A stretch of 64,000 bases of DNA. It comes from an uncultured Candidatus Saccharibacteria bacterium (GTDB lineage: Bacteria > Patescibacteriota > Minisyncoccia > Phycocordibacterales > UBA9973). The stretch is from contig CAZSFP010000003.1 in NCBI GenBank assembly GCA_964606285.1, forward strand, positions 20,967-84,966, given 5' to 3'. The position numbers and the translations under genes were made by a program. Every line of letters begins with the position of its first letter. Positions within the stretch are counted from its first letter, which is position 1. The notes under the pieces were generated by a model, which did no database searches, had not been told where the DNA came from, and saw only the letters and a list, made by a program, of their open reading frames with translations. Below are positions 29,370 to 38,083 of the stretch, one piece after another.

Positions 29370-30056
29370 ATGAAAAAAATCATTTTCACCTTATTTATAC
29401 TGGCTTTTGCCTGTATTGCCGCATTTTCCCAATCAAAATTTTCTGAGAAAAAAGTAAAAGACAAAATTGAAAGCATCAAAAAACAAAAACAAGACGATGC
29501 CGAAAGTATGGGTGCTTCCAATCTGGTTGATGTAACCATAGATGCTTATGTGATTCACACAGAAGAATTGACCCGCGTAGGAAATATTTATACTTCCATG
29601 TTGTCATGGAAACGCCAATCTGAAGAACACTACAAGAGTATTCTCACAGGAACAGCGACTCCAACCACGACAAGAACAATGCCCGAGGAATGGGACGGAC
29701 AACAAGAATACCAAAAAGACAAGGAGTATGTATTTGACGGCAGTGGAACAAATCCTTCGTTTTTGTTGGTAATTTCTCCTTTGGGAGAATTGCTTTCATG
29801 GACAATAAAATCAACCATGGTAACCATCAAAAATGATATGGTGTTTGTTCGCAAAGACATGGTTGTTGTCTATGAAAATTCCCTCGGTGAAATAAACGGG
29901 GATTTCATTCCAATGGTATCGCTTGAGGATTTTCCGAAATATATATACAAATACAAACAGACAGGATTCCTCTATGTTGCAAGCCAATGGAAATATAGAG
30001 AAGGGACCATGACTGACTACCGCGAAACCGATCATTACAGTCCTGTAGATTTATAA
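29370..30056 (+). CDS. Hypothetical secreted protein
   Basis: Signal peptide MKKIIFTLFILAFACIAAFSQ. Confidence 0.45.
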   Translation: MKKIIFTLFILAFACIAAFSQSKFSEKKVKDKIESIKKQKQDDAESMGASNLVDVTIDAYVIHTEELTRVGNIYTSMLSWKRQSEEHYKSILTGTATPTTTRTMPEEWDGQQEYQKDKEYVFDGSGTNPSFLLVISPLGELLSWTIKSTMVTIKNDMVFVRKDMVVVYENSLGEINGDFIPMVSLEDFPKYIYKYKQTGFLYVASQWKYREGTMTDYRETDHYSPVDL

Positions 30057-30118
30057 CAAAAAAAAAGAATAGAGAGAACAAAAAAACCATTTCTAAGCAG
30101 AATGGTTTTTTTATTTTA

Positions 30119-30898
30119 CTAAGATTCTATTGGCAACCCGAGGACAATCTTTTCTGCAAGGATCATGGAGTGGGAAGTTTTTTCTCCATCAATAATACTT
30201 TTTCCGTCGATCCCCAGCTGCTCTCCCGAGACAGCAATGTTGTGCTCCCTCAATACATTTTTCACCATAGACATAGCTCGCACGACTTCTTGTCTATTCG
30301 CACCATGGAGGACGATATTATCAAACTTTTCCTGAAGATTTTTCAATGAACTAGAAATTTTCATTTTACCATTATAGACACGAGAAAGATCTGTATTAAT
30401 ATCACGAATAATTGATTCTATATTCACCTCGAAATCAGTAAGTGATGTTTCACCCACCGTAATATATCCTTTTCTCCGTTTTCCATCCGCTTCTTTATTT
30501 TGGGGATCTTTATGTGTGAAATGCAACCATGCACCATCAAATTCACTGTTTGAAAATTTCTTTTCCAAAGATTTTACCTTATCTCTGTATTCTTTCCATC
30601 CTTCCGGCTGCGATTCCCTATCTTTCCATCCCGGCATTCGGGCAAACGTATTCATGGCATTTTTTCGCAATTCTGGACGAGCGGTCAAAACTTCATAGAG
30701 TTGATTTCGTATCAAAAACTGTGGCATATCCATATCATCCTTGAGATTTTTCTTTTGAACATCGAGAAGGTGCTTGAGATTTTTTTGCAGTATTTTCGCC
30801 CACTCTTCTTGGGACGCATTGCGAATAGTCTCCTCAATATATTCCTTTGTTTGAGGAACTTTTTCTCCACCACTTGATCCTTGTGATATCTTTTCCAT
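30119..30898 (-). CDS. Hypothetical protein
   Basis: 259-aa charged ORF. Confidence 0.45.
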   Translation of the reverse strand: MEKISQGSSGGEKVPQTKEYIEETIRNASQEEWAKILQKNLKHLLDVQKKNLKDDMDMPQFLIRNQLYEVLTARPELRKNAMNTFARMPGWKDRESQPEGWKEYRDKVKSLEKKFSNSEFDGAWLHFTHKDPQNKEADGKRRKGYITVGETSLTDFEVNIESIIRDINTDLSRVYNGKMKISSSLKNLQEKFDNIVLHGANRQEVVRAMSMVKNVLREHNIAVSGEQLGIDGKSIIDGEKTSHSMILAEKIVLGLPIES

Positions 30899-30990
30899 AT
30901 ATAAAACTATTATACACCATGCTTCTTGTGAAGTTTCTCAATTTCAGCATCATCCCCACTTCACTTGTCAGTTTCGCGGGGCAAGCCCTC

Positions 30991-32496
30991 TTATTTTCTT
31001 ATTCCATGTTTCGCATGGAGCTTAATAATTTCTTCTTCGTCCAACTGTTCCTTTGTCGTCTTTGCTTTCTCCCCTAGTGCTCGTAATTCTTTATCAGGTA
31101 ATGTTTCAAGTTCAATAACTCGAGCACTGAGGGTTTCAATAGTATTCTTTTCTGGATTTTCTAATACTTCTTCGAGGAGTGCGTTCAAAATCCAACCCAT
31201 GCGGGGACCAGGTTTCATATTCATATCCTGCATCAGATAGTTTCCATTTACTTTTAATTGTTTCACTGAGATCGGATCACGGAGACATTCTTCGATCATC
31301 GCATGATACTTACGGAGACGGTACGGTGCTTCTTTTTTCTTCATCCCTACCCTGTCGCATTCACGAACCTGCATTAATGTCCAAATATTTTCAACTCCAA
31401 CATTGGCAATCATTCGACGAACCGCTGACAAAGTAATTTGTTCAGTATCTGAGAAAAACATATGATAGCGGACAAGTTTCACAACCAGATCGGTATCAAC
31501 TTTCGAAAATTTGAGTCGATCCATGATTTTCTGCACCATTCGTGCACCAACAACTTCGTGTCCATAGAAGGTATATTCTTTCTTTTGTCCCGGTCGGCGT
31601 GTGCGAGGTTTACCAATATCATGAAACAAAGCGGCTAGTTTCACATGAAACGGATATCCTTTGTCGGCGGCGTGCTGACAAGCTTGAACCAAGTGAGTAA
31701 AGACATCATATATATGTGCACCACCTTGTTCACAGCCGATCCCTTCTTGGAGCTCGGGAATCATATATTGAAGGAGACCAGATTTTTCCAAGAGTCCGAT
31801 ACCAGTCATAGGATTCGGCGAATTTACTATTTTCACGAATTCATCACGAATACGCTCCGCTGAGATGGTTTTAAGGAGATGAGTATTGGTATTTATAGCA
31901 TGAAACGTTTCATGTGAAACAACAAAGCCTAATTGGACAGAAAAACGGATAGCCCGGAGCATTCGGAGTGCGTCTTCTTCAAAACGACATTGTGGATCCC
32001 CTACTGTTTTAAGGATTTTGTCCTTTATGTCGTTTTGACCACCATACATGTCGATGAGATGTCCTTTTGAATTCAGGGCCATTGCATTGACTGTAAAGTC
32101 ACGTCGCCTGAGGTCATCTTCAATGTTTGTACTAAATTGCACGGTATCCGGATGACGATTGTCACTATACTTCCCTTCTATACGGTATGGAGTAACCTCA
32201 ACGATATTATTAGCTTCTGGCGACTGGCGACTGGCATCTAGCTCATTCTTATTCTCAAACACCACAGCGACGGTACCGAATTTATTCTCATAGACTGTCT
32301 TTTCAAACAAGCTGATAATCTGTTCCGGAGTCGCATTTGTCGTCACATCCCAATCTTTTGGTACTTTTCCCAATATCAAATCTCGAACACACCCACCGAC
32401 AAGGTAAGCTTCAAATCCTCCATTTTCAAGAGTTTTTGTTACACGTGAAACATAATCAGGGATTAGATTCAGGTTTATAGATTGTAGTTCTTGTTT
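30991..32496 (-). CDS. cca: CCA-adding tRNA nucleotidyltransferase with HD domain
   Basis: LVGGCVRDLILGKVPKDWDVTT (pol-beta nucleotidyltransferase head), RRDFTVNAMA and an HD motif (FHDIGKP). Start set at MKQELQS because the track's longer ORF overlaps the tRNA. Confidence 0.85.
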   Translation of the reverse strand, partial: KQELQSINLNLIPDYVSRVTKTLENGGFEAYLVGGCVRDLILGKVPKDWDVTTNATPEQIISLFEKTVYENKFGTVAVVFENKNELDASRQSPEANNIVEVTPYRIEGKYSDNRHPDTVQFSTNIEDDLRRRDFTVNAMALNSKGHLIDMYGGQNDIKDKILKTVGDPQCRFEEDALRMLRAIRFSVQLGFVVSHETFHAINTNTHLLKTISAERIRDEFVKIVNSPNPMTGIGLLEKSGLLQYMIPELQEGIGCEQGGAHIYDVFTHLVQACQHAADKGYPFHVKLAALFHDIGKPRTRRPGQKKEYTFYGHEVVGARMVQKIMDRLKFSKVDTDLVVKLVRYHMFFSDTEQITLSAVRRMIANVGVENIWTLMQVRECDRVGMKKKEAPYRLRKYHAMIEECLRDPISVKQLKVNGNYLMQDMNMKPGPRMGWILNALLEEVLENPEKNTIETLSARVIELETLPDKELRALGEKAKTTKEQLDEEEIIKLHAKHGIRK

Positions 32497-32512
32497 CATA
32501 TAGAAACAGTTG

Positions 32513-32583
32513 TGCGGGTAGGGAGAATCGAACTCCCGTCTCATCCTTGGCAAGGACGTGTTCTACCACTAAACCATACCCGC
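32513..32583 (-). tRNA. tRNA-Gly(GCC), 71 nt, 3' CCA not encoded
   Basis: Manual fold: acceptor GCGGGTA/TACCCGC, T-arm GGGAG-TTCGATT-CTCCC, anticodon loop TTGCCAA; discriminator A is followed by CA.. Confidence 0.85.
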
Positions 32584-32879
32584 AACTCATAATGAATAAG
32601 ACTGATTATAACTAAATATGTCACTTATGCAAATATTTCTTTGTATTGTTTAGGTTTTATGTATAATGAATTGAGTTGGCGTGATATGCACCCGTGGTGA
32701 AACGGATATCACAACGGTCTTCGGAACCGTTATTGCAAGTTCGATTCTTGCCGGGTGCACATAAACAAAAGGCTTGGATATTCTCATATCCAAGCCTTTT
32801 GTTATTTTAATAGACTTCCCTATGTCTTTTATATCTTTATAAAGGACACATAAAAACCATATATTGTCTTTTATATAGT

Positions 32880-33165
32880 TTTTAAACCTTTATTTTCAAT
32901 GAAACTGTGGATAACTTAGTGGATATTGTGTATAAGATGTCTTTTAAAGACAGTAAAATAAAACGACAAAATATAAAATAACTATATATATCAACGTATT
33001 TTATAATGTCGTATAGAATAGGTATTTTTTCCCATATATTCACATATAAATGTTTCACGTGAAACGATTTTAAAGTATTTAGTATGAGTACATAGTACTC
33101 ATGTATAGTTTCATGTGAAACTATATTAAATACTATGTACTAAGTACTATATTCTATATACTGAG
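32880..33165. promoter_or_regulatory. oriC-associated region: reverse-orientation DnaA boxes (tgtggataa at 32906-32914; tagtggatat) and a cluster of palindromes (gtttcacgtgaaac at 33052-33065, atgagtac-ata-gtactcat at 33084-33102, tagtttcatgtgaaacta at 33106-33123) in AT-rich DNA
   Basis: The motifs are seen directly and the region lies upstream of dnaA. Confidence 0.55.
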
Positions 33166-33169
33166 TAAT

Positions 33170-33607
33170 ATGCCCAAGGTATTCACATCAAAAACCCAGA
33201 AGATAGGGGAATTAGGAGAGAAAATCGCCTGTAAGTACCTCATTTCCAAAGGTTTCAATATTCTCGATCAAAATATCACCAAGAAATATGGAGAAATAGA
33301 TATTCTCGCTCAAAAAAATAATAAAATTCATTTTATAGAAGTAAAAAGTGTTTCTGTGAGAGATTTATCTTCTGTTTCACACTTGCCCGGTGGAACTTTA
33401 GTGAAGTCGGGTGAAATAAAAGATTTTATCAACCCAGCCGAACAAATGCATTCTAAAAAACAGGAACGAATGAAGAAAATGATCAATGGATATCTCACAT
33501 CAGAAAAATATAAAGAGGAATGGGTGGTTGATCTCATTTGTGTCTATATTCATCACGACACACATCGCGCAAAAATTAAAATATATGAAAATATAATACT
33601 TTTTTAG
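33170..33607 (+). CDS. YraN-like (UPF0102) endonuclease-fold protein
   Basis: GELGEKIACKYLISKGFNILDQNITKKYGEIDILAQKNNKIHFIEVKSV matches the YraN/PD-(D/E)xK-like pattern (GE.D..A....VEVK). Confidence 0.55.
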   Translation: MPKVFTSKTQKIGELGEKIACKYLISKGFNILDQNITKKYGEIDILAQKNNKIHFIEVKSVSVRDLSSVSHLPGGTLVKSGEIKDFINPAEQMHSKKQERMKKMINGYLTSEKYKEEWVVDLICVYIHHDTHRAKIKIYENIILF

Positions 33608-33670
33608 TTATCCACAGTTATCCACCGTTTTTCAACATTTTGTTTTTGTTTTGTACACCTATCCACAGAA
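33600..33670 (+). promoter_or_regulatory. DnaA-box cluster immediately upstream of dnaA (ttatccaca 33608-33616, ttatccacc 33618-33626, ctatccaca 33658-33667)
   Basis: Perfect or near-perfect TTATCCACA consensus boxes. Confidence 0.7.
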
Positions 33671-33713
33671 AAAATTGGGAGTATAATAACTCTTACTAAT
33701 AACTTTTTTCGCT

Positions 33714-35063
33714 ATGTTTGATACAAAACAATTGTGGGATAAAACTTTGGAGTATTTACAACTAGAAGTCTCAAAGGCTAATTTCACGACATGGTTGAAA
33801 AATACTCATATAACAAAGGAAGAGGGAGGGATAGTCTACGTCGGTGTACCAAATGAATTTGTGAAGGAGTGGCTCATCACAAAATACAATAAAATCATCA
33901 CAAAAACCCTCATTGATCTCTCTGACCAGATTCGTGGTGTTGAATATGTCATCACAAAACTTGAATCGAAACCTAAAGATCAAATCTTGAGTGATAAACT
34001 CTTTAATATAAAGGAACTTCCACTTCAGGATCTCTATAACATCAATAAAGATGATAATTTGAACCCCCGATATACATTTGAAACGTTTATCGTCGGTACA
34101 TTCAATGAGTTGGCATATGCAGCAGGGAAATCTATCGTTGCAAAGCCGGGAATTTCTTATAATCCCTTCTTTGTCTATGGTGGTACCGGCCTCGGCAAGA
34201 CTCATCTCCTTCAAGCTATGGGAAATGAAGTCAAAAAGAACTTTCCAGATAAAAAAGTCCATTATATTACCTTGGAAAAGTTTGCAACTGATCTTGTTAA
34301 TTCATTTCAGACCAATAAAGCCAACTCTTTCAAAGAAAAATACCGAAAATATGACATGTTGATCATTGATGATATTCAATTTATAGGCAAAATGGAGAGA
34401 ACCCAAGAAGAACTCTTCCACACATTCAATACATTCTTCCAAAATAACAAAGCAATCATATTTTCATCTGACAAGCACCCAAACCATATTCCAGGACTCG
34501 AAGATCGTCTCCGAACACGCTTTGGACAGGGAATGATCGTTGATATTACTGAACCAGACTATGAATCCCGTCTTGCTATCCTCCAGAGAAAGATCACAGA
34601 GAACAATATTCACCTCAATACCGACGTTGTCAGCTATATTGCAGATGTCGTCGAAGGAAGTATTCGAGAACTTGAAGGTGCCCTCAATACCATCCTCTGT
34701 CACATTCAGCTCAAACAGCGTCAAATCAACCTCCAGGAAACGAAACTTCTCCTAAAGAACAGTATTAAACCAAAGAAAACCATACCTATAGAAGAAGTGG
34801 TTAATATCATCACTCAATTCTATAACCTTGAAAAAGATGCTATTTACGAGAAGACTCGACGGAAAGAAATTGTTAAAGCCCGACAAATCACCATGTTTCT
34901 CCTTCGTGAAGACTTCAGTATCTCGTATCCGATGATTGGTCAGCGTCTCGGCGGCAAAGATCACACAACTGTCATTCACTCCCATATGAAGATCAAGAAT
35001 GATGTGAAAACAAATCCAGCAATCAAAGAAGAAATAGAGCAGATTCGGATGATGTTCAAATGA
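33714..35063 (+). CDS. dnaA: Chromosomal replication initiator DnaA
   Basis: GGTGLGKTHLLQAMGNE Walker A, IIDDIQFI, sensor motifs and the C-terminal DNA-binding domain (RQITMFLLRE...GGKDHTTVIHS). Confidence 0.95.
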   Translation: MFDTKQLWDKTLEYLQLEVSKANFTTWLKNTHITKEEGGIVYVGVPNEFVKEWLITKYNKIITKTLIDLSDQIRGVEYVITKLESKPKDQILSDKLFNIKELPLQDLYNINKDDNLNPRYTFETFIVGTFNELAYAAGKSIVAKPGISYNPFFVYGGTGLGKTHLLQAMGNEVKKNFPDKKVHYITLEKFATDLVNSFQTNKANSFKEKYRKYDMLIIDDIQFIGKMERTQEELFHTFNTFFQNNKAIIFSSDKHPNHIPGLEDRLRTRFGQGMIVDITEPDYESRLAILQRKITENNIHLNTDVVSYIADVVEGSIRELEGALNTILCHIQLKQRQINLQETKLLLKNSIKPKKTIPIEEVVNIITQFYNLEKDAIYEKTRRKEIVKARQITMFLLREDFSISYPMIGQRLGGKDHTTVIHSHMKIKNDVKTNPAIKEEIEQIRMMFK

Positions 35064-35294
35064 TGGGGAAAAGATGTGAGTAAACTGGGAATAAAAAGTG
35101 GATTATACACAGAGGTTATCAAAAGATAGAAAAAGTTATCAAACGTTATCCGGAAATTAAGAGAAAAATAAACAGAGAGTGGGGAAAATAAAGATTGAAA
35201 TATATAGATATAGTGACCTTATCCACATATTAACAGCCCTAATAGTAATAATAAGTATATATATAATAAATAGATATATACTGTAGATAACATT
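35064..35294 (+). promoter_or_regulatory. dnaA-dnaN intergenic region with a DnaA box (ccttatccacat ~35216-35227), weaker boxes and an AT-rich unwinding-element-like tract. Likely the second part of a bipartite origin
   Basis: The motif and a >85% AT tract at 35225-35294 are seen directly. Confidence 0.5.
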
Positions 35295-36389
35295 ATGATA
35301 CTCGAATGCTCAACTGAAAAACTCAAACAAGCTCTCGGATATGCAGAACGCATGACTGGGAAGAACTTGTCTTTACCGATTCTTGGATCATTGTTATTTA
35401 TTGCATCAGGAAAGACACTTCGAATCCGAGCAACCAATCTTTCTCTTGGTATTGAAATAGAAGTTCCAGCAAAGATCGAACAAGAAGGGGTTATTGCTGT
35501 GAAGGCAGATACGGTCAGTGCAGCAGTTCATTCGTTTGTTTCAAATGATATGGTTACTCTCTCGCTCGACAATAGTAATCTTCTTCTGAAGACAAAACAG
35601 AATAAAGTGCTCGTGAAAGCATTCTCACATGAAGACTTCCCAACGCTTCCAGTGGTTGCAGGTCAGGAAATATACCTTTCAGCAAAAAAACTCATTGACG
35701 GGCTCAAATCAGTCGTTTACAGCGCATCTGTGTCCGATATCAAACCGGAGCTTGCGAGTGTGTATGTCTATCCATCCGATGGGCAGATCTTTTTTGTTGC
35801 AACAGATGCATTTCGATTGGCAGAAAAGAAAGTAAAGGGTGGGGAAGGGGAATGGAAAGGAATATTGATCCCGGCAAAGAATGCACTTGAAGTCATAAAA
35901 CTGTTTCAAGACTATGGTGATGATATAAAAATAATCATCAGTGACAATCAGCTCTCATTTACAACGAGTATGATGTATGTGACATCACGACTCGTCGCAA
36001 ATCCGTTTCCTGACTATACCCAGATTCTTCCAAAGGAACCAAAAACACAGGTGACTGTCCTTAAGCAGGATCTCGTAAATGCATTGAAATTGACTACTGT
36101 TTTTTCTGATAAGTTCAATCAAGTAAATATCAGTGTTGTTGGTGCTGAGAAAAAAATGGCGATCGGTGCCAAGAACGCGGATACAGGGGAACAGATTACA
36201 AAGGTTGATGCGGCAATTTCTGGGGATGATATAGAAATGAATGTGAACTATCGCCATATGATGGATTGTTTCCAGTCGATTGGACAGGATAGTATCACAC
36301 TGTCATTTACGGATACGAACCGACCAATAGTAATTCGTGGGGTGTCTGATCAATCATTCCTTTATTTAATAATGCCAATGAACAGATAA
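35295..36389 (+). CDS. dnaN: DNA polymerase III beta sliding clamp
   Basis: 364 aa, three-domain length, typical N-terminus (MILECSTEKLKQAL...), position immediately after dnaA. Confidence 0.85.
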   Translation: MILECSTEKLKQALGYAERMTGKNLSLPILGSLLFIASGKTLRIRATNLSLGIEIEVPAKIEQEGVIAVKADTVSAAVHSFVSNDMVTLSLDNSNLLLKTKQNKVLVKAFSHEDFPTLPVVAGQEIYLSAKKLIDGLKSVVYSASVSDIKPELASVYVYPSDGQIFFVATDAFRLAEKKVKGGEGEWKGILIPAKNALEVIKLFQDYGDDIKIIISDNQLSFTTSMMYVTSRLVANPFPDYTQILPKEPKTQVTVLKQDLVNALKLTTVFSDKFNQVNISVVGAEKKMAIGAKNADTGEQITKVDAAISGDDIEMNVNYRHMMDCFQSIGQDSITLSFTDTNRPIVIRGVSDQSFLYLIMPMNR

Positions 36390-36390
36390 T

Positions 36391-36654
36391 ATGGATCTGA
36401 AACAAAAAACTCTCGGTGATTTTTTTTCTTCGATTAAAAAAATCATCAATAAAAGTGGAGATCAAAAAGAACGGGTAATTACTATTGTCAAAGGATTGAC
36501 GGGGGTCGTTCTTTCATCATCACAAATCCAATGTTATGAAAATTCTGTTTCCATACATGCATCCCCGATAGAAAAAATGGAAATCCTCAATCGGAAAAAA
36601 ATGATTGAAGAAAAATTGAAATCAGAAACAGGGGAGATGTATACAATTCGGTAA
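36391..36654 (+). CDS. DUF721-like small protein (possible DciA-type helicase-loader homolog)
   Basis: 87 aa, follows dnaN at a 2-nt spacing, and has a hydrophobic/SS pattern (VVLSSSQIQCYENSVSIHASPIEKMEIL) resembling DUF721. The assignment is tentative. Confidence 0.4.
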   Translation: MDLKQKTLGDFFSSIKKIINKSGDQKERVITIVKGLTGVVLSSSQIQCYENSVSIHASPIEKMEILNRKKMIEEKLKSETGEMYTIR

Positions 36655-36709
36655 ATAAAAATCCGACTCATATGAGTCGGATTTTGTTTATATAAATTTA
36701 TTTTATAGA

Positions 36710-37099
36710 TTAATTGAATAATAATTTTATTCCTTTTTCAAACCCATATTTCGGACGTAATTCTTTGTAAAACTTACGTTCTGATTCCAAAAGGGAAGAA
36801 ATCTTATTTTCACGATATTTTTTTGATGAATCAAGAAAATCTTTACCTTCTTTTATACTTGTATTCATTGTTATAAAAAAATCTTGGGCAACAAGAGAAA
36901 GCCCCAGAAATACATCGTCCTTATTTGTTCCAGAAAGTGTTTTTATTGAAACTGCGAGTTCTGGTAATTCAACTGTTTCAATAAATTTTGGAATTGATAA
37001 AGATTCTTCATCTGCACGTTTTTGGGTTTGTTGTTCGAGTCCTTCGAGAAAAGTTGTGATTCCTTGAATCATTTTTTTGTTAAAGCCACAGAGTGCCAT
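36710..37099 (-). CDS. Hypothetical protein
   Basis: 129-aa ORF. Confidence 0.4.
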   Translation of the reverse strand: MALCGFNKKMIQGITTFLEGLEQQTQKRADEESLSIPKFIETVELPELAVSIKTLSGTNKDDVFLGLSLVAQDFFITMNTSIKEGKDFLDSSKKYRENKISSLLESERKFYKELRPKYGFEKGIKLLFN

Positions 37100-37174
37100 A
37101 GGTATATAGTTTTTTAAGTTTTATTTAAGATACCTCTCTGTTGACATTTTTACAAAAATTGCTATATTTTTCCT

Positions 37175-38038
37175 ATGGTAGTAAACTTTAAGTTTAAAAA
37201 TGGACTAGTGTCATCTGGAACACTTCGAGATAAAATCATTGTGTTACTCGGTGAAAAACCATTATCAGGGAGTGATATTGTTGTTGTCTTTTGTAATTCA
37301 AATAATGTTACTCCTCAAGCTGTTTATAAAGCACTTCGTGTCCTTGTTCATGAAGAAATAATTGTTAAAGAAAAACAATTATTTACCTTGAATGCGCTAT
37401 GGCTTTCACATATGAGAAAATTTATTGATATGAGTGAATATATTCTTGGGGTCCATCATGAGCAATCTTTTTTTGATCCACTTTCAAAATCCCGTCAAAT
37501 TACTTTACGATTCAAAAATACAGAACTCCTTGATATATATTGCGGACATTTGTTATTGACACTCTTCGATCGTTTTAAAGGAAAACCAATATTTTTCTAT
37601 AACCATCATGAGTGGTTTATATATGATAGACCGCTTTCAGAAAATTATTTATATGAAAAAGTTGCAGAATCCGGACACAGAGTTTTTTTGACACTGGGAG
37701 CAGATACATCTCTTGCTCGATCATTCAGAAAAAAATTTGAGAAAGGAAACATACAAATCACTATTGATGAATCTTTTTCTATTCCAATAACTGACTATAT
37801 TTGTATTATTGGTGAGTATATTATTACCGCCCGATATGATAGATCGACCGTACAGGCGATCGATAATCTTTTTAAAGTAGCAACATTTACTACTGAAGAT
37901 GATAGTAAAAAATTGCGAAAAATTTTAGATAATTGTACAGATGCTCGAATTATTATAAATCGAAATAATAAACGCGCACAAAAATTAAGAAAAAAATTAG
38001 CGAAGAATTTCATTATTAAAAAAGAAGAATTAGAATAA
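37175..38038 (+). CDS. Winged-helix DNA-binding protein, paralog of 19059..19898
   Basis: PQAVYKALRVLVHEEIIVKEKQLFTL wHTH and the conserved C-terminal INRNNKRAQKLRKKLAKNF. Confidence 0.45.
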   Translation: MVVNFKFKNGLVSSGTLRDKIIVLLGEKPLSGSDIVVVFCNSNNVTPQAVYKALRVLVHEEIIVKEKQLFTLNALWLSHMRKFIDMSEYILGVHHEQSFFDPLSKSRQITLRFKNTELLDIYCGHLLLTLFDRFKGKPIFFYNHHEWFIYDRPLSENYLYEKVAESGHRVFLTLGADTSLARSFRKKFEKGNIQITIDESFSIPITDYICIIGEYIITARYDRSTVQAIDNLFKVATFTTEDDSKKLRKILDNCTDARIIINRNNKRAQKLRKKLAKNFIIKKEELE

Positions 38039-38083
38039 TAAAAAATACCGGACATATGTCCGGTATTTTTTATTTATTATTTT

